From Epithemia pelagica (taxonomy: Eukaryota; Protista; Bacillariophyta), in assembly GCA_946965045.2 (NCBI GenBank), contig OX337237.1, positions 2,108,001 through 2,172,000 of the forward strand: a stretch of 64,000 bases of DNA. The letters are read 5' to 3'. Numbering within the stretch: the first letter of the stretch is position 1; the number at the start of each line of letters is the position of its first letter. Below the pieces are notes generated by a model that did not search any database, had not been told where the DNA came from, and saw only the letters and a program-made list of their open reading frames with translations. This document shows positions 1 to 11,549 of this stretch, piece after piece. A program made the position numbers and the translations under genes.

Positions 1-1233
1 ATGGCACAATCCTTTGTAAACCCCTTGAAACCCGGTGAGTACCAAGACATGATGGACATGATCCATGTCGATGAAAAGTGGTTTTTTGTGACGAAAGATG
101 CACAGCGCTTTATCTTGACCGACGATGAAGAGGATCCACAGAGGACATGCAAACACAAGAGCCACATCACAAAGGTAATGTTCTTTTGTGCTGTGGCTCG
201 TCCTCGCTTTATTCCAGCTATGAATCAATGGTGGGATGGTAAACTGGGCATCTGGCCCATTGGTGAGTGGGTCCCTGCGAAGAGGAGCAGCGTCAACAGG
301 GAAAAGGGGACTATGGTATGGAAGAACATTACTGTTAACAGAGAGGTCTACAGGGATTTACTTGTGGAAAAACTAATGCCAGCAATATTGGAGAAGTGGC
401 CACAAGCAGACAGAAACAAGAGAACCATAAGGATTCAACAGGATGGCGCCAAGTCCCATATCAAGGATGGAGACATGTACTTTGTGGAGTTCCTGAGATC
501 CATGAAAGAGTTGGGAGTGAGGGCAGAGTTCTTTACACAAGCTCCCAACAGCCCAGACACAAACATTTGTGATCTGGGCTTTTTCAGGGCTATCCAGAGT
601 CATGGTTTGATTGTTGGGTCGAGCGAGGCACAGCTGCTTGAATCTGTACAGAATGCTTTTGATTCCTATCCAAGAGACAGACTAAACCACACATGGCTCA
701 CCCTCCAATCTTGCTTCAATGAAATCATTAAAGCAGGAGGAGGGAATGACTACAAAATACCCCACATGAATAAACAGGGGCTGGAGAGGAGAGGGGAGCT
801 TCCCCATGTGCTGCCAGTTGCAGACGACCTCTGCAGCCCTACAAGCAGCAATCTGCAAGACTAGACATTAATAGACTAGTCAAATGAATACCTGGTCGAC
901 CTCCACTGAACCAGGAGGCGACCAGGGGCCACGGCCAATGATCGTCACCCTAGTAGGAGTAGGATCATTGTGTGTGTTGTGTCGTTGTTCCTGCCATTCG
1001 TGATTTTTCAGTGTTGGTGGTGGGAGATGAGTGAGGTCTTGTACCGTTGGGGAGTGACGATTGAAGGGCTGGATAGATTTTTTAGCACGTGTCACGGTGA
1101 ATGTTCATCTCCAAAATTCGACTCCGAATGAGCCGGCCATCCTCCTGTAGAAATGTACCAGGGCCTACGAGAGCTTTTTGTGCGACTACTATGACTAAAA
1201 AAACTTGTTGCAATAATTTTGGGCAGGAGGGAG
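1..1233 (+). mobile_element. Tc1/mariner DNA transposon, plant DD39D/Stowaway-like clade; 3' part of transposase (1-864, runs off the window) and right terminal inverted repeat (TIR)
   Basis: The ORF has the catalytic motifs IHVDEKWF, QQDGA and SPDTNICDLGFF, with 42 residues between the 2nd and 3rd Asp. TTTTGGGCAGGAGGGAG at 1217-1233, followed by TA, matches the Stowaway-type terminus TTTTGGGACGGAGGGAG|TA. Confidence 0.88.
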
Positions 1234-2011
1234 TAGGAACCGAATAGATACGTGGGACCTATTGTACTCAATCCTAGCTACCAAGAGATTGCTGCTTTCC
1301 TACCAAAACCAATTGGTGACAATCACCAGAATCTAGGTCCGGATCTATTCCTCCCTCTTCTGAGCGTAGCTAGCGGTCTACTAGATAGCATAGCTACTCA
1401 CTACTCATACAACCACCCGGATGTGATTCGGATGATGGGCAGAAGACTATGTCATTCATGACTGAATCCAAGACTCAGATCCAATTTGCGATGGATACTC
1501 CAATGGAGTCGACTTGGACTCCAGAGATACTAAGGGGTAACTATGATGGCAACCAAACTGGAGTCAACATGGATCATACTTGATGCAATCAAGTAGGAAC
1601 CTAATAGATGCGTGGGACCTATTGTACTCAATCCTGGCTACCAAGAGATTGCTGCTTTCCTACCAAAACCAATTGGTGACAATCACCAGAATCTAGGTCC
1701 GGATCTACTCCTCCCTCTTCTGAGCGTAGCTAGCGGTCTACTCTAGATAGCATAGCTACTCACTACTCATACAACCACCCGGATGTGATTCGGATGATGG
1801 GCAGAAGACTATGTCATTCATGACTGAATCCAAGACTCAGATCCAATTTGCGATGGATACTCCAATGGAGTCGACTTGGACTCCAGAGATACTACAAGGG
1901 GTAGCTATGATGGCAACCAAACTGGAGTCGACATGGATGATACTTGATGCAATCAAGTAGGAGTAAGAACCTAATAGATGCGTGGGACCTATTGTACTCA
2001 ATCCTAGCTAC
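1234..2011. repeat. Tandem repeat, about 360-370 bp unit, about 2.1 copies
   Basis: CGTGGGACCTATTGTACTCAATCCT recurs at 1251, 1611 and 1981, and the units are near-identical. Confidence 0.95.
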
Positions 2012-3297
2012 TGAGAGATAGCACAAGTCTGGGTCTTCAGCTTCTATGTTTGGCTAGGTGTTAGTGACATAGTTGCTACTCTGCCTACTAGAGGGCGTGG
2101 GGAGATGTTTCGTGGGTTGGTTCGTTGGGCGTGATTCTGACGTGGAACAGCGTGGTGAAATGGTTTTTATTTAATGGATTGATAAAACAATGGATGACCG
2201 TTCTTCGATCATTCTTTTTCTTCGGGGTTGGATGGTTTTGAATAGGGGTTGGCCCGGCGTTTTTTGCCTAACGTGGGAAGGTTTTGGTGTAAAGTACTGA
2301 ATTTCGACTCTTGAGCTAAAAAATTTTTTTCTAGTCTTTGATGTTTTTCCACCCCCAGACCCCCTTAGCCTGCCGGCTTACCCGACACGTTCATTCTGAA
2401 CTCAGTCGAATACCTATAACTTGTGCGAATACTCATACAACGAAGAAATAAAATGCAAAACCAGACGCATACGGCTACCAGAACCAGGGGCTGATTCATA
2501 ATCGCGCTACTCCGAGGTCTTCAGTCTGGATGGAGATATTCGGTCCTGCTGGTCTGGCCCGCATTCTACCTAGTATACCCCAATGTGCTGCGCTCTACAA
2601 AATTCATTTGGAGACCATAGACCATGACAAGTCGATGGAGACTCTTCACATCACTTCAGCATGTTTGCCAGTTGCCAGTGCAAATTTGCATTCCATTTGG
2701 TACCTTTTCTTGTGACCAAGCAATTAGGATGAAAGACCAAAAGGTCCATAGCAGTAAAACGCAGTCCGATGACAAATTCAGGAACTCCGTAGTAGGAGTA
2801 ACGCTGTACCTTGCAGTCTCCTGCCCACAACAAGAACATCAAGGTTTCTTAGCTGAGAGTGTCAGTGAAATTCATTTCTTGAATCTAGACAGGAATTTTG
2901 CCATTCAACATTCAACACCAACTTTCCAACTAAAATAATTTCATCTGACGACAAGGGACGAGGCAAGTTGCTACCACGCTGGTATTTGGTCATGCAAACA
3001 GCGAGTTTAGAGTTCTTTGCTCGCGCAAACGCACATATCAATCATGAGTCATGAGTCATGAAAACTCCAGCTATTATCTACACAATACAACATACAACAC
3101 GTGCTCGAGAGTTCTCAGCACGTCACATACCGTCAGCCTGACCAGACGAAAATGTGACGAAGATGACGCAATTCCATTATGACACGAGGACGAGGACAAC
3201 TCTAATCTCTAGCTAGAGGAGTAGGACTGTACTCCTACTACGACAGCATCTCGCACACTCCGTACTCCTATTTGAAAGACTACAGATTGACATCCCG

Positions 3298-5217
3298 ATG
3301 GTGTCCAACGTCACGTCAGAGGCAGACATCCTCAGGGGTGACGTGACGTCGGCGGACCTCGGCTTGAGGCAACGCGACAACGACAACGACAAACATGTAA
3401 GGTGTTCAATTGTCGAGTCGAGAATCGAGAGACAAGTAATGAATCATGACAAGAACCACGATGACGGAGATGAAAAGTCAAATACGTTGTTGCAAGACAC
3501 CGACGACAGCGATCACTCACAAGCGAGGAACCCAAGCCGACTGAACAACAAAATATCATGGGTTGATTCCCTCTCAAATCGATTAAGACGATTGCTTTCG
3601 TCGTTGACATACAATAATGAATCGCGACAAAGGATAATGCTTTATTTTTCTCTTGTTGTAATATCCTTCATTGGATATCGAAAGAGAAAGCATTTGATAG
3701 AGCTTTGGAAGGAAGGCGGCCGATTTTTGTCCTCGTTGTCGTCATCGTCGTCGCTGCCAGATCATCGTCGATTAGCAATCGAAGCTCCTTTATCTACCCT
3801 TCTCCGTGCCATATCAAACGGATCGGTGAAACAAGCATTGGTGGGAAGTCGAGTGGTGTATTACTATCTGAATGGAGGGCTTTCGTCAGACACAACGGAG
3901 AAGGGATGGAAGCAGTCCACGTTACCGGGCAACAATACGCTGATGCACGCACGTATTCTTGAGAAACTTGCCCATTCTTCCCCAGAGACCAATGTCTCGC
4001 TCGTAAAAGAATCTCCTTCCCTGCTCAATCAATTGTCCACGCCATTCTTTGCCTCTCTTCCGTTTATCTATCTGGCTTTGCTGTATCGAATGATCCAAAG
4101 ACTTCACAAGAATTCCAATGATCACTCTGATGTCTTTCATGAAAGTACAAAGTCGAGCAGTAGAACCACCACATTTGAGCATGTCGGAGGTTTGGAAGAA
4201 ATATTATTGGAATTGAAGCAAGTCGTCGACTTTTGTCAATATCCAGAACGATATCGTGTTTTGGGAGCTCGTCCTCCTCGAGGCATTCTACTTTATGGAA
4301 AATCGGGCACAGGTAAAACTCTCTTGGCCAAAGCATTGGCGGGGGAAGCCTCCCTTGCAACATCCCCGGATGTCTCCACTAAGCCAGAATCTTCGGCGAC
4401 AACGACGGTCTCAGCTATAGATTCATTCACTGTGTGCTCCGCTTCGGAATTTGTCGAGGTGTATGTTGGACGAGGCGCAGCACGAATTCGAGCTCTCTTT
4501 TCTCTGGCGCGGAAACGGGCATTACAGAACTACAAACAAAAACTTCATGGCTATAGCTCTTCGTCTCCCCTCTCTTGGATCCTTCCACGAGCTCAGGTTA
4601 AAACAGACGGGAATGTGGCCATGCGAAAACCAACGGCACTCATCTTCATAGACGAATTGGATGCGGTAGCCAAGACGCGATCAAACAACACTGGCGGAAC
4701 TGGTTTGTTTCTTGGCAGTACGAACGACGAACGTGAGCAAACCCTCAATCAACTCTTGACAGAAATGGATGGATTTTCGACAAATGATGACGTTTTGGTC
4801 ATTGTTCTAGCGGCCACCAATCGCATTCAGGTGTTGGATCCAGCGATTTTGCGTCGATTCGAACGCCAACTGCATGTAGGATATCCAAACTTGGAAGGAA
4901 GATGCGAGATACTGAAGATTCATGCCCGTCATTTGAAGTTTTCGGAAACGAACAATGAATCCCCAGGCAGAGACAGCGAACTGCCGACAATCGATTGGAT
5001 GCGCCTTGCGGGATCTTGTCAAGGCATGACAGGAGCTGATTTGCAGACAGTGGTCAATGATGCTTCACTTTTGGCTCTGAGGCAACCATCAGGACCATCC
5101 TCTAAGCTGAGTGAAAAGAACTTCCGTGGTGAAGTTATGGTTACAATGGATCACTTTGAACAAGCCATTGCGTCTTTACAACAAAGCAAAGCAAGAAATA
5201 GACTTTCGAAGACATGA
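3298..5217 (+). CDS. FtsH-like membrane AAA+ ATPase without M41 protease domain
   Basis: Two hydrophobic segments, then TFEHVGGLEE, PPRGILLYGKSGTGKT (Walker A), IFIDELD (Walker B), EREQTLNQLLTEMDGF and AATNR. The ORF ends just after the AAA lid with no HExxH. Confidence 0.85.
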   Translation: MVSNVTSEADILRGDVTSADLGLRQRDNDNDKHVRCSIVESRIERQVMNHDKNHDDGDEKSNTLLQDTDDSDHSQARNPSRLNNKISWVDSLSNRLRRLLSSLTYNNESRQRIMLYFSLVVISFIGYRKRKHLIELWKEGGRFLSSLSSSSSLPDHRRLAIEAPLSTLLRAISNGSVKQALVGSRVVYYYLNGGLSSDTTEKGWKQSTLPGNNTLMHARILEKLAHSSPETNVSLVKESPSLLNQLSTPFFASLPFIYLALLYRMIQRLHKNSNDHSDVFHESTKSSSRTTTFEHVGGLEEILLELKQVVDFCQYPERYRVLGARPPRGILLYGKSGTGKTLLAKALAGEASLATSPDVSTKPESSATTTVSAIDSFTVCSASEFVEVYVGRGAARIRALFSLARKRALQNYKQKLHGYSSSSPLSWILPRAQVKTDGNVAMRKPTALIFIDELDAVAKTRSNNTGGTGLFLGSTNDEREQTLNQLLTEMDGFSTNDDVLVIVLAATNRIQVLDPAILRRFERQLHVGYPNLEGRCEILKIHARHLKFSETNNESPGRDSELPTIDWMRLAGSCQGMTGADLQTVVNDASLLALRQPSGPSSKLSEKNFRGEVMVTMDHFEQAIASLQQSKARNRLSKT

Positions 5218-5457
5218 TTTGTAGAACTTGCATATTCTCATCAACATACCACCCACGGATGGCAAATTGGTCATCTACTCTTGGACGAGATGTAGAACTG
5301 CAGTCTTACCAATTGATTCTGGTCACAGGAATATAGTTGAACTCTCCCTTGGGCGTAGTCGCTGTACTATCAACATGGTTCTGAAGTAAGTTTTAGACAC
5401 CTAGCATCAGTCGTTCTTCGTGGAGACTTCACCTGAACACGTTCAGATCCAAATATC

Positions 5458-6948
5458 TTAAAAACGCTTCTCATAGAAAAGATTCTCCAACACTTCATTC
5501 TTGCTGTCACGAAGTTCAAATCGAAGTGGCAAGAAATAATCGGAGATGCCTGCTGGGGTATTGATTTGTATACCTCCTAGAAGAGCAATTTTCTTGTTGC
5601 CCGCGTTTGCGGCTCCCTTCTCCAAGATCTTTTGAATCAAATTATCAACCGGCTCAAAGATTGAATAAGGAAGCTCAATCATGGGATCAGCTGCATTAGC
5701 CAATCTCTGGGCATAAGGGAGAAGTACGCTACCAACGTAGAGTTGTTGGGCGTCAACGTTTTGTGTAGGTGCAGCGGCTTCTTTTACCTCACCCTTGTAG
5801 ACAGAGTTCACGTATCGAGAAGCAGCGACTGCGCTTCCACAGCACGTTCCGCCCTTTTCTTTTCCTCGCCGGTTGACCGTACCGACCTTTGCGTCCCAGT
5901 CGACACCAACATGCGGCCCATAGATCACCAAACAAGATCCACCGTCGGGTACGTGACTCACCATGGCACCAAAAGACGTCACACCTCCTGAAGTTTGAAA
6001 CATGGGTGTCAACAGTGTAAGTATTGCAACAAGCCTCTGTATTTTTCAATTTCAAGAGTAACGACATACCAAATGGAAAGCCGGCCAATCCACCCATGTT
6101 GAAGGGTTGTCCATAAATTTTCCCAATATCTTCCTCAAGTGGCCGGTTCACTTCGTCACAGCAAAACGATGTGGCGACAAGCGTGTTTTTCTCAGTGTAG
6201 CCGTATCGCGACAATGCACTTTGAATTTTGCCGACAAGTTCTTGATTCGATTGAGCTCCTGGAAAAGCTGATTTCACTTTTGCAACAACCGACTGACAAA
6301 CCCAAAATCACATCTGAGGGATGAACCAATTGAAACGAACAAATTTCAATGTTCGGGAAGACTTACAGGGGCACGAGAGTCGAGAATTGGAGAGGGAGCG
6401 GGTATGGACTCGGTACTTTTCGAAGCAAAGGAAGCGGCAGAACCAGCAACTCCAGCGAGAATGCCACCGAGTGAATCGCGGCGATTGCTGTCCAATGCAC
6501 CAACGACAAGACCTCCAAAGGTTCCAGCAGCAGCTGAGGTTGCAATTGCCTCGAGGAGTCCAGGACCTCCACCTTGCTTAGAAATGATTTGGTCATACTC
6601 CTGTTGATTCAATTTTGATTGTGTTACGAGATTGCTCAAATATTGTCGAAACTCCGATAGCCTTGTACCAAGTTGATCTCTAGTCCCATCGGCAAAAGCA
6701 GAAGGTGTTGCCGCAGCGACTGATCCCGGAGACCGGTTGAATAAATCCTCAATCTGAGCAATTTGAAGCTTCAAGGCCTCGATCTCAGCCTGGTTCCGCG
6801 CTTCTGCCGATCGAATGGCAGAAGCTTTGTCCGCGAGAGTGTTTGCCATGTGGAGCAAAGTCGACTTGCGATGGCTTACATGAGGCGCATGAAAGGCGCC
6901 ACATGTGCCGATTAACGCTTGAAGGATAGCCAACACCGAGATCTTCAT
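5458..6948 (-). CDS. LCIB-family / theta-type carbonic anhydrase with plastid presequence and probable Tat thylakoid signal; exons 6948-6367, 6292-6070, 5987-5458 (444 aa)
   Basis: Zn-ligand motifs ATSFCCDE, YGPHVG and TCCGSA, plus GGLAGFPFG. GT-AG introns 6293-6366 and 5988-6069 join three ORFs in frame. The N-terminus is MKISVLAILQALIGTCG-AF, and NRRDSLGGILAGVAGSAASFA lies internally. Confidence 0.88.
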
Positions 6949-7574
6949 GGTTTTTCTGGGTAAAGGTTCTTCAATCAACGACTGTTGTTTGTCGTTGACA
7001 AAGGTAGAAGAGCGATTTGTGGTCGAATTTCGAATTCTCCACATCGAAATACGTCACACCCGAAATGATGCACGTATTGTACGTTCCGTTATAATAGTGT
7101 AGAAGCTAGGAGTCACAGAGGGCGCTTCTGCGAAAGGTAGTATTCATAGGCTGTAGGTAGCTCTCGATACGGATATAGGAGAGTAGCTAGAAATACCCTC
7201 TACAAAGAGACGATCCGACTCTTGGACGCATTCCATTTGCTTGGTTGAAGTGACGTTCAGCTGAGGGCCGAAGATTCAGGCTTTGATCACCTGCAGGAAC
7301 CGAAACAGCTTCTGACCCGGAAGCCGAAAGCCGACATGTCGAATCCACAGCGCGGCTTTTCGTAGGACTCTCTTTTCCATACGGAAGGAAATGTACAACT
7401 CGATCTTCGCGAGAGTTACAATGTTGCGAAGTGCGAGAAGTTCCAGCTGGGTTCACCTTCTCAAGTCGTTCCTTCGACCATGCTGTCCTTTGAAGATGCA
7501 TTTCTTGCGTCGCCTCCGTCATTCAGACATACATACTTTTCTGGATCCGTGTTTATGCTTCATCCTCTACGCGT

Positions 7575-8648
7575 TTATTCCCTTCTTTTTACCTTTTTCA
7601 CTTTCTTTTTCATTTTTGCAGGGTTTTGACTATCGACCAACGAGGGGCGTGGATCATGCAACCCATCAGATCCGCCTTTTGAAGACGACTCTTTGTCTTT
7701 TCGCTTTCTTCGTTTTGTCCAGTGCTGGTGTTGATTCAGTGGTAGTTTTGTCCTCCCATCCATCGGCATTGCTACGTACGTGTTTCTTCTTCCTGAATCC
7801 ATCTTTATCCTTTGGTTCGATGTCATTACTATCCTTGCTTTTCGACGATTTCTTTGAAGCAGATTGTTGAGAAGAGTCCGAAACAACGTTATCATTACTT
7901 CCACCATTCTGCTCGTCCCTCTTTCGTTTCTTCTTTCTCTTCTTGTCAATACGAGCTGTTTCGAGACAAGAAGATCCATCTCCACTGGTCATCGGAACGA
8001 AAGTTTCCTCCGTGCGTGACTCCTTCCTATCTTGATTCTGAACGGATTTCCGCGGCACGTCGTTGGAGGGCAAAGAGGTTGAGGTCCAACAGCTGGTTTC
8101 TCCGAGTTTTGGTTACACTGCCTTACCTTTGATTCTTCTGTCAAGTTCTTTTTGTCCGTTCCATCTCTGTACTGTTTCTTCGCTTGCAGCTTTGCAAGTC
8201 GTTTCGCCTCCAGCTTGGCCTGCTTTTTAGCTGCCAACTTCTCAGCTTTTCGCTGGGATTTCTTCAAGGCTTTTCGTTCTTCTTTGCTGAGTTTCTGCGA
8301 CGTTGTTGTCGATTGAGTTGACAAAGTTTTCTTCGCTATTGAGCTGCTATTCTCCTCGTCAGAGCCATCGTCTTCGTTCTCTTGGTCTTCATCATCTGAA
8401 AAGTTCCTTTTAATAAAGCGACCATCACCATCGTTCGCGAGTCCGTCTTGTTGGTTGTTGTTGTACAGGGCCCCTTCCGGAACAAAGTTTGCGTACAGGG
8501 CATTGTTCGGTAATCCATAATCAATTTTGGTTGTTGTTCCATTTTTCTTTTGCCACGAATATTGTCGTGAAACACCTAGACCCCGTCTGCCACCACTCTG
8601 CAACTTCGACAATGTATCGTGCAACGCTTGTAATTTTGCATCTTCCAT
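7575..8648 (-). CDS. Lysine-rich low-complexity protein (nucleolar-like), with intron 8038-8126 and an apparent 1-nt frameshift near 7715
   Basis: K/E/D-rich ORFs join in frame across AAG|GTAAGG...TTCAG|AAT. The K-rich C-terminus continues in another frame after a 4-A run. Confidence 0.55.
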
Positions 8649-9414
8649 TGTGAACGGGTGTGCACTCTCACTCTCCGCTATTAGGCCATATGATAAACCA
8701 TCAACAAATTCAATAGAATCACAACACAAGAAAATTCAATGGCCGCAAACGCTAAAGGCCATTTGAATCAGGGACGGACGATCGACGGTCGGTTAGCGGT
8801 TATACCGTTACGGTTACGGTGTAGTCATTCACCGAACCCGTCGTTCGAAGGCCAGACGTGCACGGCCAACAAAGTTTCAGCGACCAACATCGGATCGGGT
8901 ATCGGTTACCGCACAATCACACAAGTGCGACGATCATAGAATCGCATTAGAAGAATACAAGAGTCTTCGCTTCTAAAAGCACCATACCAGAGGTGAGTGA
9001 GCAATGACACTGAAAGTAAAAGTCTTATGAAGTCAAGGGTCTTCAAAAGGGAGGATGTTTTTCAGGAAACAGTTTTCTTTCAATCGACAACGACAGGGTC
9101 ATCTTGAAAATGCCACGCGGCATTTGTCTCCAGTGCACGAAGGCAATCCATGTCTTCTCAACACAGTCTTTTCATTATCCTAAACGATACAAGTGGTCAT
9201 GAGGGCATCTCAAATTCAACGTCTGGTGCATTGTGCCGTTGTGGCTGATGATTCGATACAAAGTTGTCGTCATTTTCACAAACTGACATCAGGCGGATCG
9301 TTCCATTCAATTCATACGCCGCTCGTCTTCTCACTCTTTTAGTCTTTTCTTTCATTTATATTTACACCCTTCAGAAATCACTCAAGTTCATTTTCCAGCT
9401 AGGAAACTACCACA

Positions 9415-9645
9415 ATGCCCACTCCAACAGTTGAAAAGGAAGGATTCAATGAAGTCTTGGTGGAACCTTTGAAACAATTCGCCAAAGATTCCATGCATTT
9501 GGTCAAGAAATGCACGAAACCGGATCGGAAAGAGTTTATTTCCATTGCAAGGGCGACTGGAATTGGTTTCTGCATCATGGGATTTATTGGATTTTTTGTG
9601 AAACTCATACACATTCCTATTAACAACATCTTGGTAGGAAATTAA
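9415..9645 (+). CDS. SEC61G: Protein translocon subunit Sec61 gamma
   Basis: [13 protein letters not shown]...[27 protein letters not shown] is the SecE/Sec61-gamma signature. Confidence 0.97.
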   Translation: MPTPTVEKEGFNEVLVEPLKQFAKDSMHLVKKCTKPDRKEFISIARATGIGFCIMGFIGFFVKLIHIPINNILVGN

Positions 9646-10042
9646 TGTACCTATATTAACTTGAAGAGATGGTTCCAGATTTTGTAGTATTGTTCCATAA
9701 CCTATCTATTGGACTCTCATTTCCTTTACCAGCATTTCACTCCATTGAGCCAGCAACTGCTTTGCCATGCAGCTATGATAAGACGAAAAGCACTGTTAAC
9801 GCGTCGTTTATGCTTTATCAAGCCACCCTTTGAGCTTGCACTTTAATCGTTTCGCCGTGTTCCAAACAAATCGATATGGAGTGTCCGGAGAGGACCTTTT
9901 TCCACGACACTGAAGTCAATGGAAGGCTTCATTCAGAAGGAGTAAAGACAAGACATTGAGTGTTTGGAGTAAGAGGTTCTGAGGTCAAAAATCGTTCACT
10001 CAATCAAGTCTCCTTTTTAAAAATGGCATGCCGTCATGTGTA

Positions 10043-11017
10043 CTACACGTTCGTTAGTTGCGGTTGATCCGAGTATCCGCCAGTGGGTCCGTATCCAGAA
10101 TTAACGGATGAATTGATTCCTCCTCCTCCTCTTTGGTTATTGGAGTGATCGGACCGAATTTCTGGAACTGTTGCATAGTCTCCCACAAACGCGTTTCCGG
10201 ACGCCGCCTGGGATGAACTTTGACCCGTTCCATACGCGTCCTCCACATTAACCTGTTGATATTGCGTGGAGCTACCACTGGAAAGCTCACTCTTGCCAAC
10301 CGAAAGCAATAGACAGCACCCAAAATTGCACCAAAACGACAAGCCAGCCCAAAACCAAACAGCTCCTATGCTACCTGAATGCTCATTGCATAAAACAAGA
10401 AAATCCATGGGGGCAAAGGTCATATTCATGTTGCCTGCTTGTTGTTGCTGGTCATTGGTCAGCGCTTCGCCTGGAGGTGTTGGAGGGACATCCGACGAGT
10501 TCGTGTTTGAACCTGGGGGTGGCGGTGGTTGATCTGGTGGGTTTTGTTCCAGCACGTCTTCGAACAAGGAGCGAGCGTGGTGCACGTGGAATGGGTCGCA
10601 CAGGTGCGAGGAATTGCGAAAGGCATGGGACACCATGAACGATAGGATGGCGGCTCCCACGGATAAACCAAATGCCAATCCAACCTTGAATTCTGTGGGG
10701 GCCAAGAACGATGCAACAGGAACACGGTGATTGTTTAGAATGAGCCATACCACGACTGTCTGACACACCAAAAGGAGGGATAAACTGGTCGTATTGAATC
10801 CAAGCGTGGGTAAGAAGGAGACTTGAAAGGAAGAAAAGAATAGCATGATATCAAAGAACAAGGCGAATGCCAAGACATGATTGAGAATCTTCGGAATGGA
10901 ATCCATGTGCGTAGCCATATAATTGGAGACAAAGGGTGGACAAACACCAAAAATCCCATGTGCCCGACCATTGTCCCCAAACTGACTGGTACGCGTTGAG
11001 GTGTACCGGGGCATCAT
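10043..11017 (-). CDS. Hypothetical multi-pass membrane protein
   Basis: 324-aa ORF with about 4 hydrophobic helices, a Pro-rich loop and a Gly/Ser-rich tail. Confidence 0.65.
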   Translation of the reverse strand: MMPRYTSTRTSQFGDNGRAHGIFGVCPPFVSNYMATHMDSIPKILNHVLAFALFFDIMLFFSSFQVSFLPTLGFNTTSLSLLLVCQTVVVWLILNNHRVPVASFLAPTEFKVGLAFGLSVGAAILSFMVSHAFRNSSHLCDPFHVHHARSLFEDVLEQNPPDQPPPPPGSNTNSSDVPPTPPGEALTNDQQQQAGNMNMTFAPMDFLVLCNEHSGSIGAVWFWAGLSFWCNFGCCLLLSVGKSELSSGSSTQYQQVNVEDAYGTGQSSSQAASGNAFVGDYATVPEIRSDHSNNQRGGGGINSSVNSGYGPTGGYSDQPQLTNV

Positions 11018-11549
11018 CTTGATAACTACTTTACTACCGACAAGTTCCCTGAAGTTGACCTTTTTCTGTTCGTATCTTCGTTAGGAGGATCGGTAAAGCA
11101 AATATGGATCGTAGTCTCAGGTCTACCCCCATTCAAGTGTCGAGTTTGGGATTGCAACGGAAGCGCAATGAAAAGATGGGATCAAAATGCGAGGTGGATA
11201 CACCCCAGCGGAATCATGATTTGTGTTAAGATTAACTTCTCTATGCGCATATTTCTCAGTGTACTCCCTCCGAGTCACGAGCGGTCGACGAACAGACACA
11301 GACGACATCCTCACAAAACACGCGCGAAGCGAGAGAATCTTCGCAGGGGTATCTTTTTCTTCGCGACTGTCTTCCATTTCCATCGGTGTCGGTGGCAGGT
11401 CCGCAACAACTTGCGAAGACAAAGCAAAGCCACGGAAGAGGCAGAAGAAGGAATTGTGCCAGTCTACTGAATGTGTTGAGGATCAATCGAAGTGGTAGTC
11501 CCCACCAAAATCCGAAACTCCAATTCCAAGTTCCGGTTGTCATTTCTCT

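Noticed and set aside
1234-2011. CRISPR-like array
   Set aside because: The units are about 360 bp and near-identical with no unique spacers, the context is eukaryotic and there are no cas genes.
2040-2400. Possible terminus of another DNA transposon
   Set aside because: It is GC-patchy, but no matching inverted repeat or target duplication was found in the window.
7700-7725. Apparent frame switch in the lysine-rich protein
   Set aside because: Removing one A from a 4-A run gives a natural DKRRKRKDKE continuation. A homopolymer error is more likely than recoding.
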